From positions 7,401 to 71,400 of the forward strand of contig CAZMNW010000020.1 of assembly GCA_964567755.1 (NCBI GenBank): a stretch of 64,000 bases of DNA, in the 5' to 3' direction. The notes under the pieces are model-generated. The model made no database searches. It was not told the origin of the DNA and worked only from the letters and a program-made list of their open reading frames with translations. Positions 9,792 through 19,991 of this stretch are shown in pieces. This DNA is from an uncultured bacterium. Its GTDB lineage: Bacteria > Krumholzibacteriota > Krumholzibacteriia > G020349025. The stretch's first letter is position 1, and every line of letters begins with the position of its first letter. A program made the position numbers and the translations under genes.

Positions 9792-10349
9792 ATGAAACTG
9801 TCCGCGCAAGAGGAGTACGGCCTGCGTTGCATCCTGAGCCTGGCAAGGCTGGAAGCAGAGCCAGTGGTGGAAGGCCGTATCTCGGCCACGATTGGCCAGA
9901 TCGCCGAGCACGAAGGCCTGTCCACGGAGTACGCGGCAAAGCTCATGGGGATTCTGACGCGGGCAGGTCTCGTGGAGAGCGTCCGCGGGCGCAACGGTGG
10001 CTATCGGCTCGGGCGGGCGCCGGAAGCGATCTGCGTTTCGGAGGTTCTCGCCGCGCTCGGCGGCAAGCTGTACCGGCCGGCGGAGACGTGCGATCGCTTC
10101 AGCGGCGATCACAGGTTCTGCGTGCACTCGAACACGTGCTCCATCCGCTCGCTGTGGTCGGGATTGCAACGCATGATCGATTACGTGCTGTCGCGCACCA
10201 CGCTGCATGATTTGGTGGCCACCAATGAAAGCAACATGGCCGAGTGGATGCGTGCACAGTTCGAGACGTTGGCGGAGCTGGTCACGCGTGAATCGTCAGG
10301 GTCGGGTGCAGGCCGTGTGACCTTGGTCACGCCGGGAACTGGCCGCTAG
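9792..10349 (+). CDS. Rrf2-family transcriptional regulator (IscR/SufR-like, probable Fe-S-sensing)
   Basis: N-terminal wHTH 'MKLSAQEEYGLRCILSLAR'. A three-Cys cluster 'CDRFSGDHRFCVHSNTC'. It heads the suf operon. Confidence 0.85.
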   Translation: MKLSAQEEYGLRCILSLARLEAEPVVEGRISATIGQIAEHEGLSTEYAAKLMGILTRAGLVESVRGRNGGYRLGRAPEAICVSEVLAALGGKLYRPAETCDRFSGDHRFCVHSNTCSIRSLWSGLQRMIDYVLSRTTLHDLVATNESNMAEWMRAQFETLAELVTRESSGSGAGRVTLVTPGTGR

Positions 10350-10382
10350 GCGAGCGCGCCAGGCGCGAAACGGAGAAACAGG

Positions 10383-11822
10383 ATGTCCACCGAATCCATC
10401 CGTCAGATGACCGAGAGCGACTACAAGTACGGTTTCACCACCGACATCGAGTCCGACTCGGCTCCGCCTGGTCTCGACGAGGACATCATCCGCCTGATCT
10501 CGACCAAGAAGGGCGAGCCCGAGTTCATGCTCGCGTGGCGGCTCAAGGCCTACCAGCACTGGAAGACACTGTCGGAGCCGCGTTGGGCGAACGTGCAATA
10601 TCCGCCCATCGACTACCAAAAGATCGTCTACTACGCGGCGCCGAAGCAAAAGCCGCAGCTCGCGAGCCTGGACGAGCTGGATCCGGAGCTGTTGGAGACC
10701 TTTCGCAAGTTGGGCATTTCGCTCGACGAACAGAAACGCCTGTCCGGGGTGGCTGTGGATGCGGTGTTCGACAGCGTCTCGGTGGCCACGACCTACAAGA
10801 AGCGGCTCGGGGAGTTGGGTATTCTCTTCTGTTCGTTTTCCGAGGCGGTGCGCGAGCACCCCGGTCTGGTGCGCAAGTACTTGGGGTCGGTGGTCCCGCA
10901 CACGGACAACTTTTTTGCGGCGCTCAACTCGGCCGTGTTCAGCGACGGTTCGTTCGTCTACATCCCCAAGGGCGTGCGCTGTCCGATGGAGCTGTCCACC
11001 TACTTCCGCATCAACGCCGCCGACACCGGGCAGTTCGAGCGCACCCTCATCATCGCCGACGAGGGCAGCTACGTCAGCTACCTCGAAGGCTGCACGGCAC
11101 CCATGCGCGACACCAATCAGCTGCATGCGGCAGTGGTGGAGCTCGTCGCCCTCGACGATGCCGAAATCAAGTATTCCACCGTGCAGAACTGGTATCCGGG
11201 CGACAAGGACGGCAAGGGCGGCATCTACAACTTTGTCACCAAGCGCGGTGCGTGCAGGGGGCGCAATTCGAAGATCTCGTGGACCCAGGTGGAAACCGGT
11301 TCCGCGATCACGTGGAAATACCCGAGCTGCATCCTGCAGGGCGACAACTCCGTGGGCGCGTTCTACTCGGTGGCCGTCACCAACAATTACCAGCAAGCCG
11401 ACACCGGCACCAAGATGATCCACATCGGCAAGAACACACGCAGCACCATCATCTCGAAGGGGATCTCGGCAGGGCATGGGCAGAACAGTTATCGCGGCCT
11501 GGTCAAAATCCTCAAGGGGGCGGAGAACGCGCGCAACTATTCGCAGTGCGACTCCATGCTGATGGGGAGCGAGTGCGGCGCCCATACTTTCCCGTACATC
11601 GAGGTGAAGAACCCCACGGCGCGGTTGGAGCACGAGGCCTCGACGTCCAAGATCGGCGAGGACCAGATCTACTACTGCAAGCAGCGTGGCCTCTCCGAGG
11701 AGGACGCGGTGAACCTGATCGTCAACGGCTTCTGCAAGGAAGTCTTCCGCGAGCTGCCGATGGAGTTCGCGGTCGAAGCACAGAAGCTGCTGAGCGTGAG
11801 CTTGGAGAACGCGGTCGGCTGA
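10383..11822 (+). CDS. sufB: Fe-S cluster assembly protein SufB
   Basis: 479 aa with a typical SufB N-terminus '[14 protein letters not shown]' and conserved SufB core. Confidence 0.95.
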   Translation: MSTESIRQMTESDYKYGFTTDIESDSAPPGLDEDIIRLISTKKGEPEFMLAWRLKAYQHWKTLSEPRWANVQYPPIDYQKIVYYAAPKQKPQLASLDELDPELLETFRKLGISLDEQKRLSGVAVDAVFDSVSVATTYKKRLGELGILFCSFSEAVREHPGLVRKYLGSVVPHTDNFFAALNSAVFSDGSFVYIPKGVRCPMELSTYFRINAADTGQFERTLIIADEGSYVSYLEGCTAPMRDTNQLHAAVVELVALDDAEIKYSTVQNWYPGDKDGKGGIYNFVTKRGACRGRNSKISWTQVETGSAITWKYPSCILQGDNSVGAFYSVAVTNNYQQADTGTKMIHIGKNTRSTIISKGISAGHGQNSYRGLVKILKGAENARNYSQCDSMLMGSECGAHTFPYIEVKNPTARLEHEASTSKIGEDQIYYCKQRGLSEEDAVNLIVNGFCKEVFRELPMEFAVEAQKLLSVSLENAVG

Positions 11823-11883
11823 CGCCCGCCACAGCTTGGCCCCCCGGCACGGATCGTCGCGCGGCCGACGAGGAGGAAACGGC

Positions 11884-12657
11884 ATGAAACAGCCACTGCT
11901 GCAGGTGCGTGGTCTCCACGTCGAGGCCGGCGGCAACCCAATTCTGACCGGCATCGATCTCGAGCTCTTCCCCGGCGAAGTGCACGCCATCATGGGTCCG
12001 AACGGGTCGGGGAAGAGCACGCTGGCGCACGTGCTCGCCGGTCGCGATGGCTACACGGTCACGTCGGGCGACGTGCTCTATGACGGCAAGCCGCTTTTGG
12101 ATTTGGAACCGGAAATTCGCGCGCGCGAGGGAGTGTTCCTGGCCTTTCAGTATCCGGTCGAGATTCCAGGCGTCAACAACACCTATTTCCTCAAAGCGGC
12201 GCTGAATGCGGTGCGCAAGCACCGCGCGCAATCCGAGCTGGATGCCATGGACTTCCTGGCACTGGTGCGCGAGAAAATGAAGCTGCTCGAGATGGACGAT
12301 TCGCTTCTCGGCCGGCCGGTGAACGAGGGGTTCTCTGGCGGCGAAAAGAAGCGCAACGAGATCCTGCAGATGGCGTTGCTCGAGCCGCGCCTGGCCATTC
12401 TCGATGAGACCGATTCGGGCTTGGACATTGACGCTCTGCGGGTCGTGGCGCGCGGAGTCGAGACGATGCGAAACGCGGAGCGCACGATTCTAGTGGTGAC
12501 GCACTACCAGCGCCTGCTCGATTACATCGTTCCCGATTTCGTCCATGTGCTTTCCCGCGGGCGTATCGCGAAGTCGGGAAGCAAGGATCTGGCGTTGCAG
12601 CTCGAGGAAAAAGGTTACGCGTGGATCGACGCCGAAGCCGCCGAGCGCACGCGCTGA
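11884..12657 (+). CDS. sufC: Fe-S cluster assembly ATPase SufC
   Basis: Walker A 'GPNGSGKST' and signature 'FSGGEKKRNE'. Start at MKQ with GAGGAGG upstream. Confidence 0.95.
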   Translation: MKQPLLQVRGLHVEAGGNPILTGIDLELFPGEVHAIMGPNGSGKSTLAHVLAGRDGYTVTSGDVLYDGKPLLDLEPEIRAREGVFLAFQYPVEIPGVNNTYFLKAALNAVRKHRAQSELDAMDFLALVREKMKLLEMDDSLLGRPVNEGFSGGEKKRNEILQMALLEPRLAILDETDSGLDIDALRVVARGVETMRNAERTILVVTHYQRLLDYIVPDFVHVLSRGRIAKSGSKDLALQLEEKGYAWIDAEAAERTR

Positions 12658-12699
12658 GCGCGGCGATTCGATGCGCGCTTGGCGCTGCGAGGACGAACG

Positions 12700-14046
12700 A
12701 TGATTCGCACCAGCGATGACCGCGACATGTTTCAGGCGCGCTTTGCCGAGGTCGAGCGCCAAGCGAGCGCGAATGGCAGTGCTTGGTTCGAGCCACGCCG
12801 CCGCGAAGCCATGGCATGTTTTGAGTCTCTGGGTTGGCCGACACCGCGGCAGGAGGCCTGGCGCCATTTCGACGCCGGCCCACTGCGCCGCACGACGTTT
12901 CGCTACGTGCACGATCCCGAACGCGTCCGCATCGGCCGTGAAGCGCTGGCGCAGTTCCAAGTGCACTGCCTGCCCGGCGCGCAGCTGGTGTTCGTGGACG
13001 GCTACTTCGAGCCTGCCTTGTCCTCGGCGCGGGCGTTGCCACCGACCGTGTTCGCGGGCGACCTGGCCTCGGCCATCGGCCACCATCGCGTGCTGCTGGA
13101 GGGTCACTTGGCCCGGCACGCGGCATTCGCGACGCAGCCGTTCGTGGCACTCAACACCGCGCTGCTGCACGATGGCGCTTGCGTGCATGTGCCCCGCGGC
13201 GTGACGGTGAAGGACCCCATTCACGTGCTCTTTCTCTCGACCGGCGCTCGCGGGCCGACGGTTTCGCACCCGCGCACGATCGTCCTCCTCGAAGAGCAGG
13301 CGCAGTTGACGTTGGTGGAAGACTTCGTGTCGCTCGGCAACGAGGTCCATTTCACCAACCCGGTGACCGAAGTGGTTCTCGATCGCGGCGCCAGCCTCGA
13401 CTATTACAAGCTGCAACGCGAAAACAAGAGCGCTCTTCATGTCGGCGCCATCGAGATACTGCAAGCGGCCGACAGCAGCTTCCAGTCGACGTCGATCGCC
13501 TTCGGTGGCAGCCGCACACGCAATGACCTGCGCTGCGTGCTGAACGGCGAGGGCAGCAGCTGTGCACTGCACGGGCTCAACGTCATCGGCGACCATCAAA
13601 TGGTCGATGACTTCACGACCATCGTGCATGCCCAGCCTCACGGCACCAGCCAGGAGCTGTACAAGTCCATCCTGGACGGTCACGCCGAGGGTGTGTTCCA
13701 CGGCACGGTGTTCGTGGCCAAGGACGCACAGAAAACGAGCTCGCGGCAGGTGAACCGCAACCTCGTGCTGTCCAAGGACGCCCTGATGAACACGAAACCC
13801 GAGCTGCAAATCCATGCCGACGACGTCAAGTGCAGCCACGGTGCGACCATCGGCGAGCTGGAGGAAGACGCGCTTTTCTACTTGCGGACGCGCGGTCTCG
13901 ATGCCAAGACGGCGCGGCGCATCCTGACCTATGCATTCGCCAACGATGTCTTGGAGCACATCCGGCTCGAGCCGTTGCGCAAAACGGTGGAGTCAGACCT
14001 GTTCCACTTCATTCCCGCGGGAATGGAAGCGAAGAGACCGTGCTGA
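12700..14046 (+). CDS. sufD: Fe-S cluster assembly protein SufD
   Basis: SufB/SufD-family fold following sufC. Alternative start at 12679. Confidence 0.85.
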   Translation: MIRTSDDRDMFQARFAEVERQASANGSAWFEPRRREAMACFESLGWPTPRQEAWRHFDAGPLRRTTFRYVHDPERVRIGREALAQFQVHCLPGAQLVFVDGYFEPALSSARALPPTVFAGDLASAIGHHRVLLEGHLARHAAFATQPFVALNTALLHDGACVHVPRGVTVKDPIHVLFLSTGARGPTVSHPRTIVLLEEQAQLTLVEDFVSLGNEVHFTNPVTEVVLDRGASLDYYKLQRENKSALHVGAIEILQAADSSFQSTSIAFGGSRTRNDLRCVLNGEGSSCALHGLNVIGDHQMVDDFTTIVHAQPHGTSQELYKSILDGHAEGVFHGTVFVAKDAQKTSSRQVNRNLVLSKDALMNTKPELQIHADDVKCSHGATIGELEEDALFYLRTRGLDAKTARRILTYAFANDVLEHIRLEPLRKTVESDLFHFIPAGMEAKRPC

Positions 14047-14128
14047 TGCCGCGACGCCAGGATACTGCGGGCGCCGCAGGCGCGCGGCCGGCGCAATCCG
14101 GGCGCGGAGCGCCCGCGAGGAGAGCCAA

Positions 14129-15367
14129 ATGGCGACGAAGATGATGACTGCGTACGACGTCAACCGGATTCGAGCCGACTTTCCGCTCTTGTCGTTGCAA
14201 GTGCGCGGCAAGCCGCTCGTTTACCTGGACAACGCCGCGACGACGCAGAAGCCGCAGCATGTCATCGACGCGCTCACCCACTACTACAGTACGGGAAACG
14301 CAAACATCCATCGCGGCGTGCATTACCTGAGCGAGCAAGCGACGGCGGCATACGAAGCGGTGCGAGCCCAGTCCGCCGCGTTCGTCGGTGCCGCGGACCC
14401 GGCGGAGATCGTCTTCGTGCGCGGGACGACGGAGGCCATCAACCTGGTGGCACAGTCGTACGGGCGCAGCACGCTCGCACCGGGCGACGAGATCGTGCTC
14501 ACGACATTGGAGCACCACTCGAACATCGTGCCATGGCAGATTCTCTGCCAGCAGACCGGCGCGGTGCTGCGCGTGGCGCCGATCGACGACACGGGCACGG
14601 TGATCTTGGAAGCGTACGAGCAACTGCTCGGACCGCGGACGCGCATCGTCGCCTTCGCCCACGTGTCGAATGCGCTCGGCACGGTGAATCCGGTGCGGGA
14701 GATGGTGCGCCTGGCAAAGCAGCACGGCGCCACGGTGCTGGTGGACGGCGCGCAAGCGACAGCCCACACGCGCATCGATGTGCGCGCGTTCGGCTGTGAC
14801 TTCTACACCGTTTCGGGTCACAAGATGTTCGGCCCCACGGGGACGGGTTTTCTTTACGGCAAACGAGCGCTTCTGGAAGCCATGCCGCCCTATCAGGGCG
14901 GTGGCGACATGATCGCGTCCGTGACTTTCGAGAAAACGACGTACAACCACTTGCCGCACAAGTTCGAAGCGGGCACGCCGCACATCGGCGGCGTCATCGG
15001 ACTGGGTGCCGCGATGGCTTACGTGCAGGGAATCGGCATGGAGGCCATTGCAGCGCACGAGGAAGATTTGCGCCAGTATGCGACCGAGCAAGTGGGTGCC
15101 CTGGCCGGCGTGCGTTTGATCGGGACCGCGCAGCACAAAGCGGCGGTGGTCGGGTTCACTCTCGACGGCGTGCACCCGCACGATGTCGGCACGATCCTCG
15201 ACCAGGAAGGCGTGGCCGTGCGCGCCGGACACCATTGTGCCCAGCCGGTGATGGAACGCTTCGGCGTTCCGGCCACGGTGCGCGCGTCCTTTGCCCTCTA
15301 CAACACGCGCCGAGAGGTGGACGCTTTGGTGCAAGCGCTGCATCGCGTGCAGGAGATCTTCCGATGA
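14129..15367 (+). CDS. sufS: cysteine desulfurase SufS (class V aminotransferase)
   Basis: 'LDNAATTQKP', 'HHSN', PLP-Lys 'SGHKMFGPTGTG', and 'RAGHHCAQP' (catalytic Cys). RBS GAGGAG. Confidence 0.9.
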   Translation: MATKMMTAYDVNRIRADFPLLSLQVRGKPLVYLDNAATTQKPQHVIDALTHYYSTGNANIHRGVHYLSEQATAAYEAVRAQSAAFVGAADPAEIVFVRGTTEAINLVAQSYGRSTLAPGDEIVLTTLEHHSNIVPWQILCQQTGAVLRVAPIDDTGTVILEAYEQLLGPRTRIVAFAHVSNALGTVNPVREMVRLAKQHGATVLVDGAQATAHTRIDVRAFGCDFYTVSGHKMFGPTGTGFLYGKRALLEAMPPYQGGGDMIASVTFEKTTYNHLPHKFEAGTPHIGGVIGLGAAMAYVQGIGMEAIAAHEEDLRQYATEQVGALAGVRLIGTAQHKAAVVGFTLDGVHPHDVGTILDQEGVAVRAGHHCAQPVMERFGVPATVRASFALYNTRREVDALVQALHRVQEIFR

Positions 15368-15392
15368 TATTCCACGGCGTGGAGTGTTGCCC

Positions 15393-15842
15393 GTGAGCGC
15401 CGATCTGCGCGATCTCTACCAGGAAATGGTCTTGGACCATGGGCGCCACCCGCGTAATTTTCATGTCATGGCAGACGCCACGTCCCAGTCCGTCGGGTTC
15501 AACCCGCTTTGCGGCGACAAGCTCACGCTGTTCCTGCGTTATGAAAACGACCGGGTGCAGGATGCCAGCTTCCAAGGCAGCGGCTGTGCCATCTCGACGG
15601 CGTCGGCATCGTTGCTCACCGAAATGGTGAAGGGCAAGACGCGAGGCGAGGTGGACGAGTTGATCGCTGCGTTCTTGGTGATGCTCACCGGAAGCGGCGT
15701 CGCCGAAGCAGGAAAGCTCGGCAAGTTGATGGTGTTCGGAGGAGTGCGAGAGTTTCCTGTGCGCGTCAAGTGTGCCACGCTTTCCTGGCGCACGCTGGAG
15801 GCGGCGCTGCATGAGGGAGCGAACGAGGTCACGACGGAGTAG
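15393..15842 (+). CDS. sufU: SUF system NifU-like scaffold/sulfur-transfer protein SufU
   Basis: 'NPLCGD', 'GSGCAIS', and 'KCATLSW' are the three IscU/SufU Cys motifs. GTG start with GGAG 8 nt upstream. Confidence 0.8.
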   Translation: MSADLRDLYQEMVLDHGRHPRNFHVMADATSQSVGFNPLCGDKLTLFLRYENDRVQDASFQGSGCAISTASASLLTEMVKGKTRGEVDELIAAFLVMLTGSGVAEAGKLGKLMVFGGVREFPVRVKCATLSWRTLEAALHEGANEVTTE

Positions 15843-15906
15843 CGACGCGCGAGCGGATAACTGCCGCGCCACCGCGCTCGAGCGCAGAGTCACAGACGGA
15901 GACGCA

Positions 15907-16299
15907 ATGGAAAACCCGATCCCAAGTCCTGAAGCGCCGACCGCGGAGAGCAACTCCGCGGCGCTGCCCGCGAGCGAGACACGGAGCGTGGACCGCGACG
16001 CAATGCGGGTCCGGATCGTCGAGGTCATGCAGACCGTTTTCGATCCGGAAATCCCGGTGAACATCTACGAGCTGGGCATGGTCTACGACATCGTCGTCGA
16101 CGACGCGGCGAACGCGGTCGTGACGATGACGCTCACCTCGCCCATGTGCCCGGTGGCTGGCAGCCTGCCGGGCGAGGTAGAGGCAAAGGTCGCCGCCGTC
16201 GCCGGTCTCGCCTCGGCACGCGTCGATCTGGTCTGGGAGCCGGCCTGGACGCCGGAACGAATGTCCGAGGCAGCCAAACTCCAGCTCGGCATGATGTAG
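15907..16299 (+). CDS. sufT: SufT / DUF59 (MIP18-family) Fe-S assembly protein
   Basis: 'FDPEIPVNIYELGMVY' and 'LTSPMCP' are the DUF59 signature. It is the last gene of the suf operon. Confidence 0.7.
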   Translation: MENPIPSPEAPTAESNSAALPASETRSVDRDAMRVRIVEVMQTVFDPEIPVNIYELGMVYDIVVDDAANAVVTMTLTSPMCPVAGSLPGEVEAKVAAVAGLASARVDLVWEPAWTPERMSEAAKLQLGMM

Positions 16300-16330
16300 A
16301 CTCCGCCTCCCAATCGCAGGAGGTGGGAGC

Positions 16331-17110
16331 ATGAACGGATCGTTGCGCTTTCCAACTACGTGCGCCCTGTGGTTTTGTCTCGCCGTCGTTTTCCTCCCGC
16401 GCCCCGCGGCGACAGAAGACAATCCGGCACTTCCGGGCTTCCAAACCGAGACCTCGGATCCGCGCGCGATCGCCATCGCCGATTCCGTCATGCAGGCGCT
16501 CGGTGGTCGCAGCGCCTGGGATGGCGCCCGGTTCGTGCGCTGGTACTTCTTCGGGCGCCGCATGCACTACTGGGACAAGTGGAGTGGTGACGTGCGCATC
16601 GAAGCTGGCGACCGGCTCGTGCTCATGAACATTCAGACGCGCAAGGGACGAGTCTGGGAGAAGGGTGTCGAGGTCACGCACCCTGATTCACTGGCCAAGC
16701 GCCTCGACAAGGGCTTCGGCTGGTGGACGAACGACATGTACTGGGTGTTCATGCCCTACAAGCTCAAGGACTCGGGCGTGCGTTTGCGACACCTTGGCGA
16801 GCGCGCCATGCAGGACGGCCGGCCCGCGGACGTATTGGAGCTCACGTTCACCGGCGTCGGCCTCACGCCCGAGAACAAGTACGAGGTTCTCGTCGACAAG
16901 GAAACGCACCTGGTCGGCGAATGGTGTTATTACGAGAAGGGGAGCGACACCGAACCGCGTTTCACCATGCCCTGGAAGAGCTGGCGCAAGGTCGGCAACC
17001 TCATGCTCGCCGGCGATCACGGTCGCGACGAAGCCGATTGGAAGCTCGCGGTCTACGACCAGCTGCCACCATCCGTCTTCACGAGCCCCGACTCGGTGGC
17101 CTTGCCCTGA
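16331..17110 (+). CDS. secreted hypothetical protein
   Basis: Strong RBS AGGAGGTGGGAGC-ATG. Signal peptide 'CALWFCLAVVFLPRPAA'. High GC3. Confidence 0.6.
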   Translation: MNGSLRFPTTCALWFCLAVVFLPRPAATEDNPALPGFQTETSDPRAIAIADSVMQALGGRSAWDGARFVRWYFFGRRMHYWDKWSGDVRIEAGDRLVLMNIQTRKGRVWEKGVEVTHPDSLAKRLDKGFGWWTNDMYWVFMPYKLKDSGVRLRHLGERAMQDGRPADVLELTFTGVGLTPENKYEVLVDKETHLVGEWCYYEKGSDTEPRFTMPWKSWRKVGNLMLAGDHGRDEADWKLAVYDQLPPSVFTSPDSVALP

Positions 17111-17173
17111 ACGGGAGCGCGGGCAGCCGCGAGCGCGAACGTCCGCGGGATCCCAGGATTGGAGCTGTGGGCC

Positions 17174-17734
17174 TCAACGCGGCAGGTGCACATGGCGCAC
17201 AGCGGTGCGGGATGCACGCGACGAGGTCGCCAACGTTCCTTCGTGGTCCAACAACCAGCGCTTGCGCTCCATGCCGCCGCCATACCCCGTGAGCGAGCCG
17301 TTGGCACCGACGACGCGATGGCAGGGAATGACGACGGCGATGGGATTGCGACCGCAAGCGCCGCCGACGGCGCGTGCGGCACCCGGGTACCCGGCGCTCT
17401 GCGCCAGCTCGCCGTAGGTCACCGTCGTTCCGGGTCGGACGCGCTGCAACGCTCGCCATACCTTGCGTTCGAACTCGGTGCCTTGCGGCTCGACCGCAAT
17501 CCCGTCGAGAGCGTGGATGTCGCCGGAAAAATAATCACGCAGGCGCTGGATCAGGGCCGGCGCGCCATTGCGACCGCTCTTCTTCGCGCGCGGAACGGCG
17601 GCTGCAGCCGGCACGCCGGCCACACGTCGTGAGAGCACTCGATCGGCGAATTCCAATGCACAGAGAGTCTCGCCGCGCGTGAGCAGCTGCAGCGTACCGA
17701 TCGGGCTCTTCACTTCATGGCTTCGCGTGTCCAT
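17174..17734 (-). CDS. ogt: methylated-DNA-[protein]-cysteine S-methyltransferase (Ogt/MGMT)
   Basis: Active site 'IPCHRVV'. 'TVTYGELA' is the HTH. It overlaps the upstream ada-alkA stop by 20 nt. Confidence 0.85.
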   Translation of the reverse strand: MDTRSHEVKSPIGTLQLLTRGETLCALEFADRVLSRRVAGVPAAAAVPRAKKSGRNGAPALIQRLRDYFSGDIHALDGIAVEPQGTEFERKVWRALQRVRPGTTVTYGELAQSAGYPGAARAVGGACGRNPIAVVIPCHRVVGANGSLTGYGGGMERKRWLLDHEGTLATSSRASRTAVRHVHLPR

Positions 17735-19208
17735 TCTTCGTCCCTTCGTTCCAGAGGATCATGGCGGCATAGGCGCGCCATGGGCGCCACGATTCGGCAG
17801 CGATCAGAACGCGTGCAGCTGTGGCGGGATGACCGTTGGTACCGAGTGCTCGTCGCAGACCCAAGTCGCCGGCGGGAAACGCATCCGGATCGCCGAGGGC
17901 GCGCAGCGCTGCGTACTGTGCCGTCCATGCGCCGACGCCGCGCAGCGCGCACAACGGGCGCACGAATTCATCGAGTGATGCCGGTTGCAGCGGGATGCGG
18001 CCGTCGACGACGGCGGCGGCCAAGCTTTGAATCGCCGCCGCGCGTGCACGTGGCACCGGCAGGCGCGACAGATCGGCGCTTGCCAGTGCCTGCGGGCTCG
18101 GGAACACGCGCTGCAGATCCTCGAAGCCGGCGTTTTCGAGCCGCAGCGGTTCACCGCACAGATCGACCAGTCGGGTGACGAGACGAGTGGCCGCGGCGAC
18201 GCTCACCTGTTGCCCCAAGATGGCGCGCACGGTGGCCTCGAAGCCACAGGCGGCGCCGGGCAGCCGCAGGCCTGCATGGCGGCGCAGCCCGCGCGCCAAC
18301 CGCGGGTCTTGGCGCAAGTGCCGCGCGATGAGATCGGGTTCGGCATCCAGATCGAATTGGCGGCGCAAGCGCGCCACGACCGCCATGAGTTGCGTGGCGT
18401 CGTCGAGACGAATGCGCGCGAGCAAGTGGTTCGCCCCCGGGACGCAACGCATTTCCACCAGACAGTGAGCATTCCCGAGGCGGAGCGTTCGGCAAAAGAA
18501 ATCGTCGCCCGCCGACTCCAAACCCGGCACGACACGCGCTGCGAGGAAGCGCTGCAGCGATTGCCAGTCGTAAGGGGGACGAAAGGCGAGGCGGAGGACG
18601 ATGTCGGAGCCAGTGGGGCGAGTCGTGACGCGGCTCGTGTGGCGCAGCTGCCGCGGCGAGCGCCGATAGGCGGCGTGTACGGCAAAGTTGAAGCGACGCA
18701 CACTGCCGAAGCCAGAAGCGAGCGCGATGGTGCTCATTGGAAGCCGGGTTTCGTCGATCAGGCGCTTGGCAAAAGCCAGACGCCGCGTCTGCGCCAGGGC
18801 ACGTGGTGTGGTGCCGAGATGCTGTAGGAACAAGCGGCGCAAGTGCCTGTCGCCGACACCGACGCGGGCGGCCAGCTCGTCGACGGAGTCGGCATCGAGA
18901 GCGCCTGCGGCGATGAGGCGCAGCGCGCGCGCGACTGTCGTCGTCGTCCCTGCCCAAGCCGACGAGCCAGGGGAGGTCTCGGGCCGGCAGCGCAAGCACG
19001 GCCGAAACCCGGCCTCGGCGGCAGCGGCGGCGCAGGCGAAGAAACGCACGTTCTGGGCGCGGGGCGTGCGCGCCGGGCATACGGGCCGGCAGTAGATCCC
19101 GGTCGTCTGCACCGCGGCAAAGAAGCGCCCATCGAAGCGGGCATCGCGGGCGCGGAGCGCCCGATAACAGGCGGTGGCGTCGAGGTGCTGGGGTTCGGTC
19201 TGCATCAT
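17715..19208 (-). CDS. alkA: bifunctional AdaA-AlkA: Ada Zn-binding domain plus AraC HTH, fused to DNA-3-methyladenine glycosylase II
   Basis: 'GIYCRPVCPAR...FRPCLRCRP' is the Ada Cys4 zinc site. AraC-type HTH follows. AlkA_N plus HhH-GPD 'LRGVGAWTAQYAALRALGDPDAFPAGD'. Start at 'MMQTEPQ'. Confidence 0.85.
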   Translation of the reverse strand: MMQTEPQHLDATACYRALRARDARFDGRFFAAVQTTGIYCRPVCPARTPRAQNVRFFACAAAAAEAGFRPCLRCRPETSPGSSAWAGTTTTVARALRLIAAGALDADSVDELAARVGVGDRHLRRLFLQHLGTTPRALAQTRRLAFAKRLIDETRLPMSTIALASGFGSVRRFNFAVHAAYRRSPRQLRHTSRVTTRPTGSDIVLRLAFRPPYDWQSLQRFLAARVVPGLESAGDDFFCRTLRLGNAHCLVEMRCVPGANHLLARIRLDDATQLMAVVARLRRQFDLDAEPDLIARHLRQDPRLARGLRRHAGLRLPGAACGFEATVRAILGQQVSVAAATRLVTRLVDLCGEPLRLENAGFEDLQRVFPSPQALASADLSRLPVPRARAAAIQSLAAAVVDGRIPLQPASLDEFVRPLCALRGVGAWTAQYAALRALGDPDAFPAGDLGLRRALGTNGHPATAARVLIAAESWRPWRAYAAMILWNEGTKNGHAKP

Positions 19209-19284
19209 GGAGAATGTGTAGCGCAATCCCGGAGACGGGTTCGCCGTTTTCGGACCTCGATGGACTCCGGGAAAAGGCGCCGCG

Positions 19285-19806
19285 CTACCAACGCCGCGTG
19301 CTGTCCCCCGGCGCCGAGCGCGGGCCTGCGCCGACGGTCCAGGCCGCTTTCGCAAACGCATCGAGCAACTGTGTCACCTCGGCTTGTGCCGGTGCGCCGG
19401 TCTCGCGCAGGAGGCGCATCTGCTCCATCGCCGCCTGCAAATGTGCCTCCGCGAGGTACTCGCGCGCCTGTGGGAACTCCGGCTGGATGTCGAGCGCTTT
19501 GGCGTAAGACTTGAAGGCTTCGTCCAACCGACCCAGCTTGCGCTGCGTGAACCCCAGCATGTTCAGGATGTCCGCATCGTTCTTGCGCGACTTGTTGGCG
19601 CGCTCGAAGAGCTCGAACGCGGCGTCGAAATCCTGTTTCTCGACTTCCTTCAACCCTTGCTCGTAGAGCTGGCCGGCGGCATCCATGGTGGTTTCCGTCG
19701 ACGTCTCCTTCGACCCCGAGCCAGCAGCGGTGGCGCCGCCCGCGCACGCGATGACAGCGATCACGACGCAGAAGACCGAACCGAACCAACGGCGTTGCAA
19801 GCTCAT
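19285..19806 (-). CDS. TPR-repeat lipoprotein
   Basis: Lipobox 'VIACAGG'. TPR-like helices 'YEQGLKE...AFELFERA', 'ILNMLGFTQRKLGRLDEAFKSYAKALDIQP'. Confidence 0.65.
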   Translation of the reverse strand: MSLQRRWFGSVFCVVIAVIACAGGATAAGSGSKETSTETTMDAAGQLYEQGLKEVEKQDFDAAFELFERANKSRKNDADILNMLGFTQRKLGRLDEAFKSYAKALDIQPEFPQAREYLAEAHLQAAMEQMRLLRETGAPAQAEVTQLLDAFAKAAWTVGAGPRSAPGDSTRRW

Positions 19807-19991
19807 GAGCCGACTCCCGTGCTGAGTAGAGGACTGCCCAGAGAATCCGAGACGCGAGCCCTTGGGGCCCCGGAGTGTAGCACCCTGAACCGCGGGAATG
19901 GGTGCTCAGAAGACTCCATGAGTCGATTGATCGAGCCTGGCGGTTCGACCCCACCCTGTACGAACTTAGGAGTAGGAGGAAAGGAGGGAGT

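Noticed and set aside
10296-15343. Long minus-strand ORFs (574, 489, 444 aa) antisense to sufB, sufD and sufS
   Set aside because: The plus-strand products are unmistakable Suf proteins. The antisense translations are compositionally biased and lack start or RBS context.
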